From assembly GCA_963721805.1 (NCBI GenBank), contig CAVRJY010000001.1:992001-1056000 (forward strand): 64,000 nucleotides of DNA, read 5' to 3'. The translations under genes were made by a program, and so were the position numbers. The notes beneath the pieces are model-generated. The model worked only from the letters and a program-made list of their open reading frames with translations, was not told the origin of the DNA and did not search any database. Shown here in pieces: positions 1-10,260 of this stretch. The stretch comes from Nitrospirota bacterium. Lineage in GTDB: Bacteria > Nitrospirota > Thermodesulfovibrionia > Thermodesulfovibrionales > JdFR-86. The stretch's first letter is position 1; each line of letters opens with the position of its first letter.

Positions 1-139
1 CCGCCATCGCCTCGTCCGGCAGCGCGGCCCTGATCTCCGAGAGCGCCTCGTTAAGCAGGAACGGGTCGTCGGCATACAGCATGTAAGACGGCCCGCGCAG
101 GCCCTTGGATAGCTCGTCCCGGAGGGCCTTGGAGCTCAC
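1..139 (-). CDS. holA: DNA polymerase III delta subunit, 5' end only (runs off window)
   Basis: GTG overlaps the lptE stop; reads [33 protein letters not shown]; fits conserved leuS-lptE-holA order. Confidence 0.7.
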   Translation of the reverse strand, partial: MSSKALRDELSKGLRGPSYMLYADDPFLLNEALSEIRAALPDEAMA

Positions 140-624
140 TTCGAGCCTTCCTCCACGAGCGAGAACGCGATGCTGTCGGCCAGGTCGTCGAGCGCCTTCG
201 ATACGGCCTCGTCCTTGTTGGCGATGACTTCCTGCATCGAGCCCTTGCTCACGAAGTCGATGATGAACTCGCTGTTATGCTTAAGCGCGTGCACCTCGCC
301 GGACGGTACGCGTATGCTAAACGTGACCGAGATCACGACCTTATAGCTTATCGCGAGGTTGTGCTTCTCCGCATCGGTCTTGAGCGATATCTTCTCTATC
401 GTGCCGGTGAGTTCATAGGGAGCGTCCTCCCTGATCCTGATGCCGCGCTTGACGAGCGCGTGCGTGAGGGCCTCGGTCAGGCGGTCGTCGAGCTTGGGCT
501 CCATGGTCTTGTTGGTGAGCTTGCCGAGCCTCACGCTCTCCATCGGCCGCAGGAGCGTATAGCCGCAGCCGGCAAGCAGGAAGATGGCGCAGAGCGCCGC
601 TGTAAGCAGCCCGCGCCCTCTCAT
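136..624 (-). CDS. lptE: LPS assembly lipoprotein LptE family
   Basis: Lipobox LAGC followed by GY; position between leuS and holA. Confidence 0.8.
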   Translation of the reverse strand: MRGRGLLTAALCAIFLLAGCGYTLLRPMESVRLGKLTNKTMEPKLDDRLTEALTHALVKRGIRIREDAPYELTGTIEKISLKTDAEKHNLAISYKVVISVTFSIRVPSGEVHALKHNSEFIIDFVSKGSMQEVIANKDEAVSKALDDLADSIAFSLVEEGSK

Positions 625-3131
625 AGCACTATGTTGATGAGCCTGCCCTTGACCACGAAAACCTTCTTGATGGGTTTTCCGGCCGCAAGCTCCATTATCT
701 TCGGGTCGTTCAACGCAAGCTCCTTTATCTCGTCGTCATTAAGCCCGGCCGGGGCGTCGAGCTTCGATCGCACCTTGCCGTTTACCTGCACCACCAGCTC
801 TATGCGGTCCTCGCGGGCCGCGTCCTCGTCCCATTCCGGCCAACTCTCAATAGTGGCCGCGTATCCAAGCGCCTCCCAGAGTTCTTCTGCGATATGGGGG
901 GCAAACGGGCTCAGCATCAGCACCATGTTTTTGGCCGCGAACCTAAGCGAGCGCCAGTCCGCCTCCGATGCCGGGTTCAGCGCCCCGGCCTCGTTTAAGA
1001 GCTCCATGAGCGCGGCGATAGCCGTGTTGAAATGGAAATCTCGCTCGATGTCCTGCGTGACGCTCCGTATCGTCTGGTGCGTCTTGCGCACGAGCGGGGT
1101 GACGGCATCGCAGCCCTCCCGGGCGTTCTTGAGGCCGTCGAGGTTGCGGTGTATGAATTTCCAGACGCGGCTTAAAAACCTGTACGAGCCGTCCACCCCG
1201 CTCTCGGTCCACTCCAAGTCGCGCTCGGGAGGGGCGGCGAACAGCGAAAAGACGCGCGCGGTATCAGCCCCGTAGCGTTTGATCGCATGGTCCGGGTCCA
1301 CGACGTTGCGCTTGGACTTCGACATCTTCTCTACGCGCCCGACGGTCACGTCCGAGGCGCAGCGTGAGCACTTGCCGCCCTTCGCCTCGTCCGGGAAGAG
1401 CCAGCCGTGCTCAGGGCACTTGTACGACTCCTTGCAGACCATCCCCTGCGTAAGCAGGTTCTTAAACGGCTCGGAGTGCGTTATCAGCCCGAGGTCGCGC
1501 ATCACGCGCGTGAAGAAGCGCGAATAAAGAAGATGCAGCACGGCGTGCTCGACCCCGCCTACGTACTGGTCGACCGGCATCCAGTAGGCGGCCTCGTGCT
1601 TGAAGGCGTCACCCGTGAGATCGACCTCGCCGTTTGGGTGGCAGTATCGCAGGAAATACCACGACGAGTCAACGAACGTATCCATGGTGTCGGTCTCGCG
1701 CCGTGCAGGGCCGCCGCATTTGGGGCAGCTCGTCTGGACGAAGGCCGGGGACTCCGCAAGCGGAGAGGATCCGGTGCCCGTGAGTTTTACGTCGGTCGGC
1801 AGGCGCACCGGCAGATCGGCCTCCGGCACCGGTACGGTGCCGCATTTGTCGCAGTATATGACCGGTATCGGAGTGCCCCAGTAGCGCTGGCGCGAGACGC
1901 CCCAGTCGCGGAGCTTGAAGTTCACGGTGCGCTTGCCCAAACCCTTGGCCTCGATCATCCCGGCTATCGCAACGCGGGCCTCGGCGCTTGTCATGCCGCT
2001 GAACTCGCCCGAGTCCGCGAGCAGGCCGTCGTCCCCATACGCGCTGTCTTTGGGCGGCTCGCCCTCTTTGGGCCGGATCACGGCCTTCACCGCGATGCCG
2101 TACTCCTTTGCGAACTCGTAGTCCCGCTGGTCGTGGGCCGGGACGGACATTATCGCCCCTGTGCCGTACTCCATGAGCACGAAGTTCGCGACGTAGATCG
2201 CGACGCGGTCGCCGTTTACGGGGTTGATCGCGTAATGTCCGGTAAATAGCCCGATCTTCTGCTCGACGTCGCCGTACTTCGCGCGGACCTTATCGAGCGC
2301 GGATCTATCGTTGACCAGCCTTTCGGCCATAGGGTGCGTCGGGGCGATGCACATGAACGTGACGCCGAAGAGAGTATCGGCCCGCGTGGTGAAGATGCGG
2401 ATTTTTTGATCGCTGCCCTCGATAGCGAAGTCGGCCTCGAGTCCCTCGCTACGGCCGATCCAGTTGCGCTGCATCGTCACGACGCTCTCGGGCCAGCCGC
2501 CGAGTTCACTGCCGCATGCGGCGAGAAGCTCGTCGGCGTATTGAGTAATTCTCAGGAACCACTGCTCGAGCTGCTTTTGTATGACCGCGCTGTCGCACCT
2601 CCAGCACGCGCCGTCTATTACCTGCTCGTTGGCGAGCACCGTGGCGCACGAGGGGCACCAGTTGACCGATGAGTTCTTCTTGTAGGCCAGGCCGCGCTCG
2701 TACATGCGCAGGAAGAACCACTGGTTCCAGCGGTAGTACGCCGGGTCGCAGGTCGCGACCTCGCGGCCCCAGTCGTAGCTCAGGCCGAGGCGCCGAAGCT
2801 GGACCTTCATGTTGGCGATGTTTTCGTATGTCCATTTGGCGGGCGGGATGCCCTCCTTGATCGCGGCGTTCTCGGCCGGGAGGCCGAAGGCGTCCCAGCC
2901 CATCGGGTGCAGGACGCTGAATCCCCTCATGCGCTTGTACCGCGCGATGACGTCTCCGATGGCGTAGTTGCGCACGTGGCCCATATGTATCTTCCCCGAC
3001 GGGTAGGGGAACATCTCAAGGCAATAGAACTTGGGCATCGAGGAGTCCGGCACGACCTTGTAGGGGTCCGCCGCGGCCCACCGGGCCTGCCATTTAAGCT
3101 CGATCAGCTCAGGGTTGTAGGTTTCTTCCAT
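621..3131 (-). CDS. leuS: Leucyl-tRNA synthetase
   Basis: HMGH and KMSKS motifs, MFPYPSG; true start MEETYNP at 3131 (ORF track over-extends it). Confidence 0.97.
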   Translation of the reverse strand: MEETYNPELIELKWQARWAAADPYKVVPDSSMPKFYCLEMFPYPSGKIHMGHVRNYAIGDVIARYKRMRGFSVLHPMGWDAFGLPAENAAIKEGIPPAKWTYENIANMKVQLRRLGLSYDWGREVATCDPAYYRWNQWFFLRMYERGLAYKKNSSVNWCPSCATVLANEQVIDGACWRCDSAVIQKQLEQWFLRITQYADELLAACGSELGGWPESVVTMQRNWIGRSEGLEADFAIEGSDQKIRIFTTRADTLFGVTFMCIAPTHPMAERLVNDRSALDKVRAKYGDVEQKIGLFTGHYAINPVNGDRVAIYVANFVLMEYGTGAIMSVPAHDQRDYEFAKEYGIAVKAVIRPKEGEPPKDSAYGDDGLLADSGEFSGMTSAEARVAIAGMIEAKGLGKRTVNFKLRDWGVSRQRYWGTPIPVIYCDKCGTVPVPEADLPVRLPTDVKLTGTGSSPLAESPAFVQTSCPKCGGPARRETDTMDTFVDSSWYFLRYCHPNGEVDLTGDAFKHEAAYWMPVDQYVGGVEHAVLHLLYSRFFTRVMRDLGLITHSEPFKNLLTQGMVCKESYKCPEHGWLFPDEAKGGKCSRCASDVTVGRVEKMSKSKRNVVDPDHAIKRYGADTARVFSLFAAPPERDLEWTESGVDGSYRFLSRVWKFIHRNLDGLKNAREGCDAVTPLVRKTHQTIRSVTQDIERDFHFNTAIAALMELLNEAGALNPASEADWRSLRFAAKNMVLMLSPFAPHIAEELWEALGYAATIESWPEWDEDAAREDRIELVVQVNGKVRSKLDAPAGLNDDEIKELALNDPKIMELAAGKPIKKVFVVKGRLINIVL

Positions 3132-3251
3132 ATCGTCCTTCCGAAAGAGAATACCGGTATTATATATCCTCGGCCCCCGCAAGAGACAACCGTCACGGCC
3201 ACACCTGGCATTAGGTTGATTTATCGGTATATAAGATAGATAATATACCAG

Positions 3252-4938
3252 ATGAAAGACCGCCGATGTTTCGGCCGCTACGAGCAGGCCAGCGAACTCA
3301 CGTTCATGTATGGGGGGCAGTCGTTCCGCGCGACGATGATCGACTACTCCCTCAGCGGGATCGCGGCCAAACTCGAAGGCCACCCACAGTTCAAGCAGGG
3401 CGACATCCTGAATTTCTCGACCGTCCAAGACAGCGAGATCGACCTCGGCAAGGTGGCTTGGGTCAGGCCGGATAACGGCTCGCAGCGCATCGGGCTCAGC
3501 AAGGTCGGGATGCTGCGCGGCACGCTGAGGCAGTACGCCCTCTCTGACGTCCTGATCGGCGCGCACCGGGCGATGAAGACCGGGCACCTCTATCTGATCG
3601 ACGGCGAGGCTGTCAGAACGCTTACGTACAAGGGCGGAGACATAATCTTCGCGACCTCCAACCATCCCTCCGAGGGTTTTCTGGATTTGCTCGTCCTCGA
3701 CGAGGTCATCACGCCCGAGCAGTTCAGGCAGGCGGCCGATGAGTCCAGGAAGGCGGGGACGTTTATAGGCCCCACGCTGGTGAAGATGGGATTTATGGAG
3801 CACGAGAGGTTCGACCAGGCCAAGAGGCGGTATGTGGCCGACCTGGTGATGGCCATGTTCGGGCTCTACGACGCCGAGTTCATTTTCAGGGACCTGCCGG
3901 ACGTCGAGACCGAAGACAGCGAGGACATACTGCTCTCGCCCTCCGCGCTGAGCTTCAACGGGATAAAGCAGCTCGACGAGGTAGAGCACCTTCTGTGGCT
4001 CATGCCAAAGCTCGATTCGGTGATCGCGCTCTCGGAGGACCCGCTGGACCTCTATCAGGCGATCATGTACGACTCAGGCGACAGGGCCTTCCTGGAGCTC
4101 GTGGACTCCAGTCGCACGCTCTCGGAGATCCTGGCCGCCTTAAAGCCCGTGGGCTCTGAGGCCGTGAGGACCGCGCTCGCGCTGCTTTCGACGCATATCA
4201 TCGAGGCCAGGGAGCCGGGCTTCACGCCGCGGCACAAGGTGCAAGTCGACGACGTCGTCATGCTGGCCGATATGCCCGATCCCGAGGGCTTCGTCGAGGA
4301 GATAGACTTCCTCTTTGCGCACCACGAGGACATCGGGTATTACGGAGTGCTCGGGTCTCAAGCGCGAGAACGCCACGGTCACCGAGATCGACAAGTCCTA
4401 CCATAAGAAATCGAGGATCTTCCACCCAGACAGGCACTACGGACTGCCGGAGCACACGAGGGAGAAGCTCAACGCGATATTCGAGTACATAAAGACCGCG
4501 TACAAGGTCCTGAGCAACCCGACGCTCAGGGCGCAGTACGACAGCAACCCCATAAGCATGCCGGTCGAGAAAAACAGGTTAAACCTCGCCAGGCAAAAGA
4601 GCGCCGAGGGCCGCGCCGAGTTCAACGCCGCCCGCTACCTAAGCGCGGCCAAGCTCTTCGAGGAGGCCTCGCTCCTCAACAGCTCCGTGCCTGATTACGT
4701 CTATAACGCCGCAATCTCGTATTTCAAGTGCGACCGCCTGCGCGACGCCGAGATGGCCATCAAGCGCGCGATGAAGGTCGCGCCGACCAACACGACATAC
4801 ATGACCGAGGCCGGGTTCATCTACCTCGCCCTGAACCTGCCGCTTCGCGCGAAGGTGAATTTCGAGAAGGTCCTGAGCCTCGAACCTGGCAGCAAGCGCG
4901 CGGTCGAGGGGCTGGCGCTCGCCGGCAAGAAAAAATAA
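3252..4938 (+). CDS. PilZ-like / DUF4388-like / DnaJ / TPR multidomain protein, split by a +1 frameshift near 4355
   Basis: N-terminal RRCFGR...DYSLSG PilZ-like motif; YYGVLG joins LKRENAT...FHPDRH J-domain in the next frame; C-terminal TPRs. Confidence 0.75.
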
Positions 4939-4951
4939 CAGGGGTTCCCCT

Positions 4952-7573
4952 TTGGAATTGGTCACGTCCCACCTAAACGCGGATTTCGACGCCTTCTCCT
5001 CCATGGTCGCGGCCTCCAGGCTCTACCCCGGATGCCTCATCGCGCTTCCGGGCGCGATGGAGAAGCGCCTCCGGGACTTCACGGCCGCATTCGGGGAGTT
5101 CGGCCTCGTGAGGCTCAAAGACATAGAGCTCGCAGCGGTCACGAGGGTCATCATAGTCGATACGAAATCCTCGGACCGGATCGGGCAGTTCGCTGCCTTA
5201 GTCGATAAAGAGGGCATGACCGTGCACATCTATGACCACCACGAACACGGGGACTCCGACCTGCACGGCGAGGTCGAGGTGATCGAGAAGGTCGGGGCGA
5301 CAGCGACGATATTCACCGAGATGCTGAAGGAGCGCGGCGTGAGGCCCGAGCCGATAGAGGCCACGCTCCTGATGACCGGGATATACGAAGAGACCGGGAG
5401 CTTGTCCTTCCCCTCGACGACAGAGCGCGACCTGCTTGCGGCGGCCCAGCTCCTTAAGTGGGGCGCGAGCCTGAAGGTCGTCGCGGAGTTCCTGCGGGCC
5501 GAACTCACGGCCGAGGAGGTCGACCTTTTAAGCGAGCTCGGCCATTCGGCCAGCACGATATACGCAGGCGGGCTGAAGGTCATCACCGCGAGGGCGTCGC
5601 GCGACGGATATATGGGCGACGCCGCACAGTTCGCCGGGAAGCTTTTGGAGATGGAGGCAGCTGACGCCTCATTCGTGATACTGCGCATGGAGGGCAGGGT
5701 GCTCGTGGTCGGCAGGTCGCGCGCACCTGAGCTGAGCGCCTCGGACGTGCTCGCTGAGATAGGCGGGGGCGGCCACCCGTCAGCCGCCTCGGCCACGGTG
5801 GACGACCAGCCGCTTGAGCTGATAGAGGAGACGATCGCCGGATTAGTCCGCGCGCACGTCAGGGCGGGCAAGACCGCATCGGACGTCATGACCAAGCCGG
5901 TCATCACGGTCGAGGCCCCGACGCTCATGCGCGAGGCCCAGACGATGCTCACGAAATTCGGCGTAAACGTGCTGCCCGTCGTAGAGGGCGGCAGGTTTCT
6001 GGGCCTGCTGGCGCGCGAGATAGTAGAGAAGGCGATCATGCACGGGTTCAGGAAAAGCGCCGTCCGCGAGTTTGCGGACAGCGACGTGATAAGCGCGGCG
6101 CCCGAGACCCCGCTTAGGGAGATCGAGTCCTCGATGGTCGAAAAGAACCGGCGGTTCGTCCCGGTGCTCGAGGGCGAGGCCATAGTTGGCGCAATCACGC
6201 GCACGGACTTGCTGCGCGTCATGTACGAGGATTACCTCAGGCGCAGCGGCATAGCAGGCGAGGAGGGCGCGGACGCCCACGAGCACCCCAGGAGGAGCAC
6301 CGCCGCGCTGCTTCAAAACCGCTACCCGCGCGAGATCTTCGAGGCCTTCAAGCTCGCCGGAGAAGTCGGCCGGTCGCTCGGCATGGACGTCTACCTCGTA
6401 GGCGGCTCGGTGCGCGACATGATGCGCGGCCGCGAGAACCTCGACATCGACCTGGTGGTCGAGGGCGACGGCATAGAGTTCAGCCGCGCGATGACAGAGC
6501 GGCTGGGCGGGCGCATGAAATCGCACGAGAGGTTCAGGACCGCGAAGATAATCGCGGGCAAGCTGAGGCTAGACGTCGCGACCGCGCGCACCGAGTATTA
6601 TGAGTCCCCGGCCGCGCTGCCGCGCGTCGAGATGTCCTCGATCAAGAAGGACCTCTACAGGCGCGACTTCACGGTCAACACGCTCGCTGTAAAGCTCTCG
6701 GACCCGGAGTTCGGGCGGCTGGTCGATTATTTCGGCGGGATGCGGGACCTCAAGGACAAGACGATCCGCGTGCTGCACAACCTGAGCCTCGTCGAGGACC
6801 CCACGCGCGCCTTCAGGGCCGTGAGGTTCGCCGAGCGCTTCGGCTTCAAGATATCGCGCCATACCGAGGAGCTCATCCGCTCGGCCCTGAGGCTCGAGAT
6901 ATTCACGAGGCTCTCGGGCAGCCGCCTCTACGAAGAACTGATGCTAGTATTCGGGGAGCCGGAGCCGGTTGACGTCATCGCACGGCTCGACCACTACGGC
7001 CTGCTCGGTGTGATACATCCCGCGCTGAAGTTCGACGAGCGGATGCACGCGGCCCTGACCGCGGTGCACGATACGCTCTCGTGGTTTGACCTCTCGTTTA
7101 CCGGAGAGAAGGTCAACCGCAACCTGCTGTACCTGATGGGGCTCCTGGGCGGGCTGCCCTCGGACGATGAGCGCGAGGCCGCGCTCCGGCGGCTCTCGGC
7201 ACCCAAGCGCGTCGGGGAGCGGCTGATGCGCGACATCGCGGCCAGCCGCGAGACCTCGCGCCGCATGCCGCTTGTGGACCCGGCGCTCATCCGCCGGACG
7301 CTCTCGGAGCAGTGCACCGAGTGCGTGCTGTACGTCATGGCCCTCACGGAGGACCAGGCGGTGAAGATGGAGGTCTCGAATTACCTGCTGCGGCTCAGGC
7401 GCGAAAAGCCGATGCTCAGGGGCTCGGACTTGAAGGCGCTCGGGATCGAGCCCGGCCCGGTATACTCCGACCTGCTCGATGCGGTACTGGCAGAGCGGCT
7501 GCGCGGCAATATAGAGACGCGCGAGGATGAGCTGAATTTCATCCGCACTCGCATCGGGACAGCCAGAGGATGA
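4952..7573 (+). CDS. cca: tRNA nucleotidyltransferase with DHH/DHHA1 and CBS domains (likely A-adding type)
   Basis: HLNADFD, DHH, GGGH, two CBS repeats, VGGSVRD-DIDL, RRDFTVN, EDPTR. Confidence 0.88.
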   Translation: MELVTSHLNADFDAFSSMVAASRLYPGCLIALPGAMEKRLRDFTAAFGEFGLVRLKDIELAAVTRVIIVDTKSSDRIGQFAALVDKEGMTVHIYDHHEHGDSDLHGEVEVIEKVGATATIFTEMLKERGVRPEPIEATLLMTGIYEETGSLSFPSTTERDLLAAAQLLKWGASLKVVAEFLRAELTAEEVDLLSELGHSASTIYAGGLKVITARASRDGYMGDAAQFAGKLLEMEAADASFVILRMEGRVLVVGRSRAPELSASDVLAEIGGGGHPSAASATVDDQPLELIEETIAGLVRAHVRAGKTASDVMTKPVITVEAPTLMREAQTMLTKFGVNVLPVVEGGRFLGLLAREIVEKAIMHGFRKSAVREFADSDVISAAPETPLREIESSMVEKNRRFVPVLEGEAIVGAITRTDLLRVMYEDYLRRSGIAGEEGADAHEHPRRSTAALLQNRYPREIFEAFKLAGEVGRSLGMDVYLVGGSVRDMMRGRENLDIDLVVEGDGIEFSRAMTERLGGRMKSHERFRTAKIIAGKLRLDVATARTEYYESPAALPRVEMSSIKKDLYRRDFTVNTLAVKLSDPEFGRLVDYFGGMRDLKDKTIRVLHNLSLVEDPTRAFRAVRFAERFGFKISRHTEELIRSALRLEIFTRLSGSRLYEELMLVFGEPEPVDVIARLDHYGLLGVIHPALKFDERMHAALTAVHDTLSWFDLSFTGEKVNRNLLYLMGLLGGLPSDDEREAALRRLSAPKRVGERLMRDIAASRETSRRMPLVDPALIRRTLSEQCTECVLYVMALTEDQAVKMEVSNYLLRLRREKPMLRGSDLKALGIEPGPVYSDLLDAVLAERLRGNIETREDELNFIRTRIGTARG

Positions 7574-7624
7574 ATAAAAAGGGGTCACCTCCCGGCCCCC
7601 TCTGAAACGTGCAGCCTACCGAAA

Positions 7625-7709
7625 AACGTATACGCTTTTTTTGCCACGGTCATGGTTTCAGAAAATAGATATTTGAAATCAGTGACAGTTAAAGTGGCAT
7701 CCATCTTGC
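7625..7709 (+). promoter_or_regulatory. sigma-54 promoter (TGGCAT-N5-TTGC, 7695-7709) with upstream palindrome AACGTATACGCT (7625-7636)
   Basis: Matches the -24/-12 consensus; duplicated with identical spacing at 10135-10219. Confidence 0.75.
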
Positions 7710-7725
7710 TAACCTCGGATGTTGC

Positions 7726-9567
7726 ATGGAGAGTCCAAGTCAATTGCCTGCTACGGCGCCACTGCCACTGTCGTGCATCAAACGGAGCTTTATCAATAAA
7801 TGCATTAGCGGGCCCCAATCGCTTGAAGCGTGGCTGAAAACAGCTCTGGCGCTGGCGGGGCTCGCATTGCTACTCATGCTCACCGTAAACAGCCTCCGGC
7901 TTGCCAACGACGAATGGGCCTATAGCAGTACCGACCAGAGGCAGCAGTCATTCGAGTATTATTTTGAGGGAGGGAAACGGCTTTTTGCCGGGGACTACAT
8001 ATCGGACTATTATCTGAATGCCTTTTTGCCTTCAGGATATTCGTGGCTCTATGATGCTGCCGGGCGCATAGGCGATCCATTTTTCTTCTCGAAGATTGTG
8101 TCGCTTGCGCTGATGCTGTCGTGTATTTACATCGGCTTTCTGATCGCGAAAGGGTATGCCGGGCCGACGTGGGGTATGGTCTCGGTTATCCTGGTTTTTT
8201 GCACTTCGCTGTTCTTCAACCGGATGCAAGGCGGGTTGCCGCACTCTTTCGCGTTTCCATTGGGGCTGTTCTTTTTTCTGGGTTTCGTCAGGCGCAGGCC
8301 GCTGTGGTGCGCGTGCTCGCTTGTAATGATGGCGCTGTTCTACCCGCCGTTGCTGGTGCCCTATACCATGGTCTTCTCGCTGTGGCTATTGTTCCCGAGG
8401 CTGCTCGCGGCGGACATAGGGCCGCTTCCGTGGCTAAGGCAAGGTGGGTCCGGCCTCAAAAGGTTCTATTGGCTAGCGGGCCTTTGCGTCTTGATAACCT
8501 TAACCCTGGCCCCTATCCTGTACCAATCGAGGCAGTACGGCGAAAGGATCTCTCTGAGCGACGTGGGGGGGTTCCCGGAGGCCGGCCCTGAGGGCAGGTA
8601 CGGCAGCGATAACAGGATAGACGGGAAGAACATACTCAAAGACCTTGCCCAGTCTCTCCCTTCCATATCGCACCAGATAATTGATGGGAAAGGGGTAGTA
8701 AACGTTCCGAAGCCCGCCAGGGTGGGCGCGATGCTGTTGCTTTTATGCGCGGGCCTGTATGGGCTGTATGACAAAAAGGCTCTCGCAAGGAGGGAAGTCC
8801 GGTATCTTATTGCTTTGTCTCTTGCATCGGTCACCGGGTATGCGGCGTCAGTCCTTGTCTATCCTTTTGCCTTTCTGCCGCAGAGGTCGATCACTTTTAC
8901 GATGCCGATAGTGGCGCAATTCGTGGTGCTGTTCGGGCTCGTGGAGTTATCCGGCAAATTCAAGCTCGCGGATAACGTCCAGCCGAATCCGCACTCAATT
9001 GCCGCCCTAATGGGGCGGGGTCTCAAGCCGTGGGTTAACAGATACTTCCCATACTTCATGGCTCTAGTGCTGCTGCTGCTCTTCGTGGGCAAGCCTCTCG
9101 ACGATATGAAAGAGAATTACCCCGGCCTTTATGGCTATATCAAGTACGACATGCCGAGGGACGCCATGTTTGCGGGCTGGCCGGGCGCTGCAATCGAGGG
9201 CGTCCCGTTATTTTGCAAAAAACGCATATTGGTCGGGACGAAGACGGACCAGGCGTTCCACAAGGGATACGTCCTTGAGATGCGAAAAAGGAAGAGGGCG
9301 CTGATAGACGCATATCTCTCGGACGACCCGTCGGCCCTCAGGCGGCTCAGGGACGAGTTCGGCGTCACGTATTTATTGGTCAACCGTTCTCAATTTGAGG
9401 GGGATCTGGTCGGGACGCCGAAGACTTTTGCTCCATTAAACGGCTATGCGGCGAGGCTTACCTCAAGCATAGCCCCGGATAAGCGCGCGGTCTGGGGGCT
9501 GTTGCCTTCACTTGAGGTAAAGCGCATCGACGGCTACAGCATATTGGATCTGAGAAGGCTCTCGTGA
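7726..9567 (+). CDS. Polytopic membrane protein, GT-C-like glycosyltransferase candidate
   Basis: Many hydrophobic segments with an N-terminal extracytoplasmic loop and a soluble C-terminal domain; lower GC than flanking genes. Confidence 0.55.
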   Translation: MESPSQLPATAPLPLSCIKRSFINKCISGPQSLEAWLKTALALAGLALLLMLTVNSLRLANDEWAYSSTDQRQQSFEYYFEGGKRLFAGDYISDYYLNAFLPSGYSWLYDAAGRIGDPFFFSKIVSLALMLSCIYIGFLIAKGYAGPTWGMVSVILVFCTSLFFNRMQGGLPHSFAFPLGLFFFLGFVRRRPLWCACSLVMMALFYPPLLVPYTMVFSLWLLFPRLLAADIGPLPWLRQGGSGLKRFYWLAGLCVLITLTLAPILYQSRQYGERISLSDVGGFPEAGPEGRYGSDNRIDGKNILKDLAQSLPSISHQIIDGKGVVNVPKPARVGAMLLLLCAGLYGLYDKKALARREVRYLIALSLASVTGYAASVLVYPFAFLPQRSITFTMPIVAQFVVLFGLVELSGKFKLADNVQPNPHSIAALMGRGLKPWVNRYFPYFMALVLLLLFVGKPLDDMKENYPGLYGYIKYDMPRDAMFAGWPGAAIEGVPLFCKKRILVGTKTDQAFHKGYVLEMRKRKRALIDAYLSDDPSALRRLRDEFGVTYLLVNRSQFEGDLVGTPKTFAPLNGYAARLTSSIAPDKRAVWGLLPSLEVKRIDGYSILDLRRLS

Positions 9568-9581
9568 TTCGGTATAAGCGC

Positions 9582-9609
9582 TAAAGTTATTACAGTATAT
9601 TGCCGATAT
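9582..9609 (+). promoter_or_regulatory. sigma-28 (FliA/SigD)-type promoter
   Basis: TAAA(GTT)-N16-GCCGATAT upstream of an AAGGAGG RBS. Confidence 0.7.
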
Positions 9610-9658
9610 GTATGGTTAGGAGCGGTCAGCTTCGGACAGGCATGCACAAGGAGGTGCG

Positions 9659-10021
9659 ATGACGATTTCATCGGGTGCAGTTCAAGGAAACACGGCTTCT
9701 TTTGCACAGGGTCAGGATAAGATACCCGACAACAACAGCAAGCCCGGCAAAGACTCAGCCGGGGACAGCAAAGCCGCCTCAAATTCCGGCACGGGCGCAA
9801 CAGACAAAGTGAGCATTTCGCTATCCGGACTGCAGAACTCAACCGGTTCCACGTCAACCCACGGCAGATATTACAACAAAAAAGACCTCAACAAAGACGG
9901 GATGATTTCAAAGCAGGAGGAGACCAAATACGATTTCAAGCACGGAATCGTGGAAAGTACCTCCAATAGCAACTCGGCGGTTACTGCCGCCAAGGCGCAG
10001 GACCAGACTTCGAAGCCTTAA
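9659..10021 (+). CDS. Small S/T/K/N-rich protein with one EF-hand-like loop
   Basis: Strong RBS; DKVSIS motif; DLNKDGMISKQE. Confidence 0.75.
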   Translation: MTISSGAVQGNTASFAQGQDKIPDNNSKPGKDSAGDSKAASNSGTGATDKVSISLSGLQNSTGSTSTHGRYYNKKDLNKDGMISKQEETKYDFKHGIVESTSNSNSAVTAAKAQDQTSKP

Positions 10022-10134
10022 GTGTCGAGCTTACAGGCCGGCATCAAAGCCAGTGCCTGAGATTTGGCGTAAATGCTGACTCTGTAGCTGACCGCTTCGG
10101 AGCTGGCTCAGACCATCGCAGCCAATAGACGATC

Positions 10135-10219
10135 AACGTATACGTTATTTGCGCTCCTGAGATTATCCCATTAAAAAAGTCTTTAGAATCGAGATGTTCT
10201 AAAGCGGCATCCATCTTGC
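10135..10219 (+). promoter_or_regulatory. sigma-54 promoter (CGGCAT-N5-TTGC, 10205-10219) with perfect palindrome AACGTATACGTT (10135-10146)
   Basis: Copy of the 7625-7709 architecture at offset 2510. Confidence 0.75.
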
Positions 10220-10260
10220 AATCCATATCGCATGTTCCGGGAAATTGGAGGTATTGCGAT

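Noticed and set aside
3132..3989. Long N-terminal extension of LeuS
   Set aside because: It is the antisense shadow of the plus-strand gene at 3252; LeuS homology starts at 3131.
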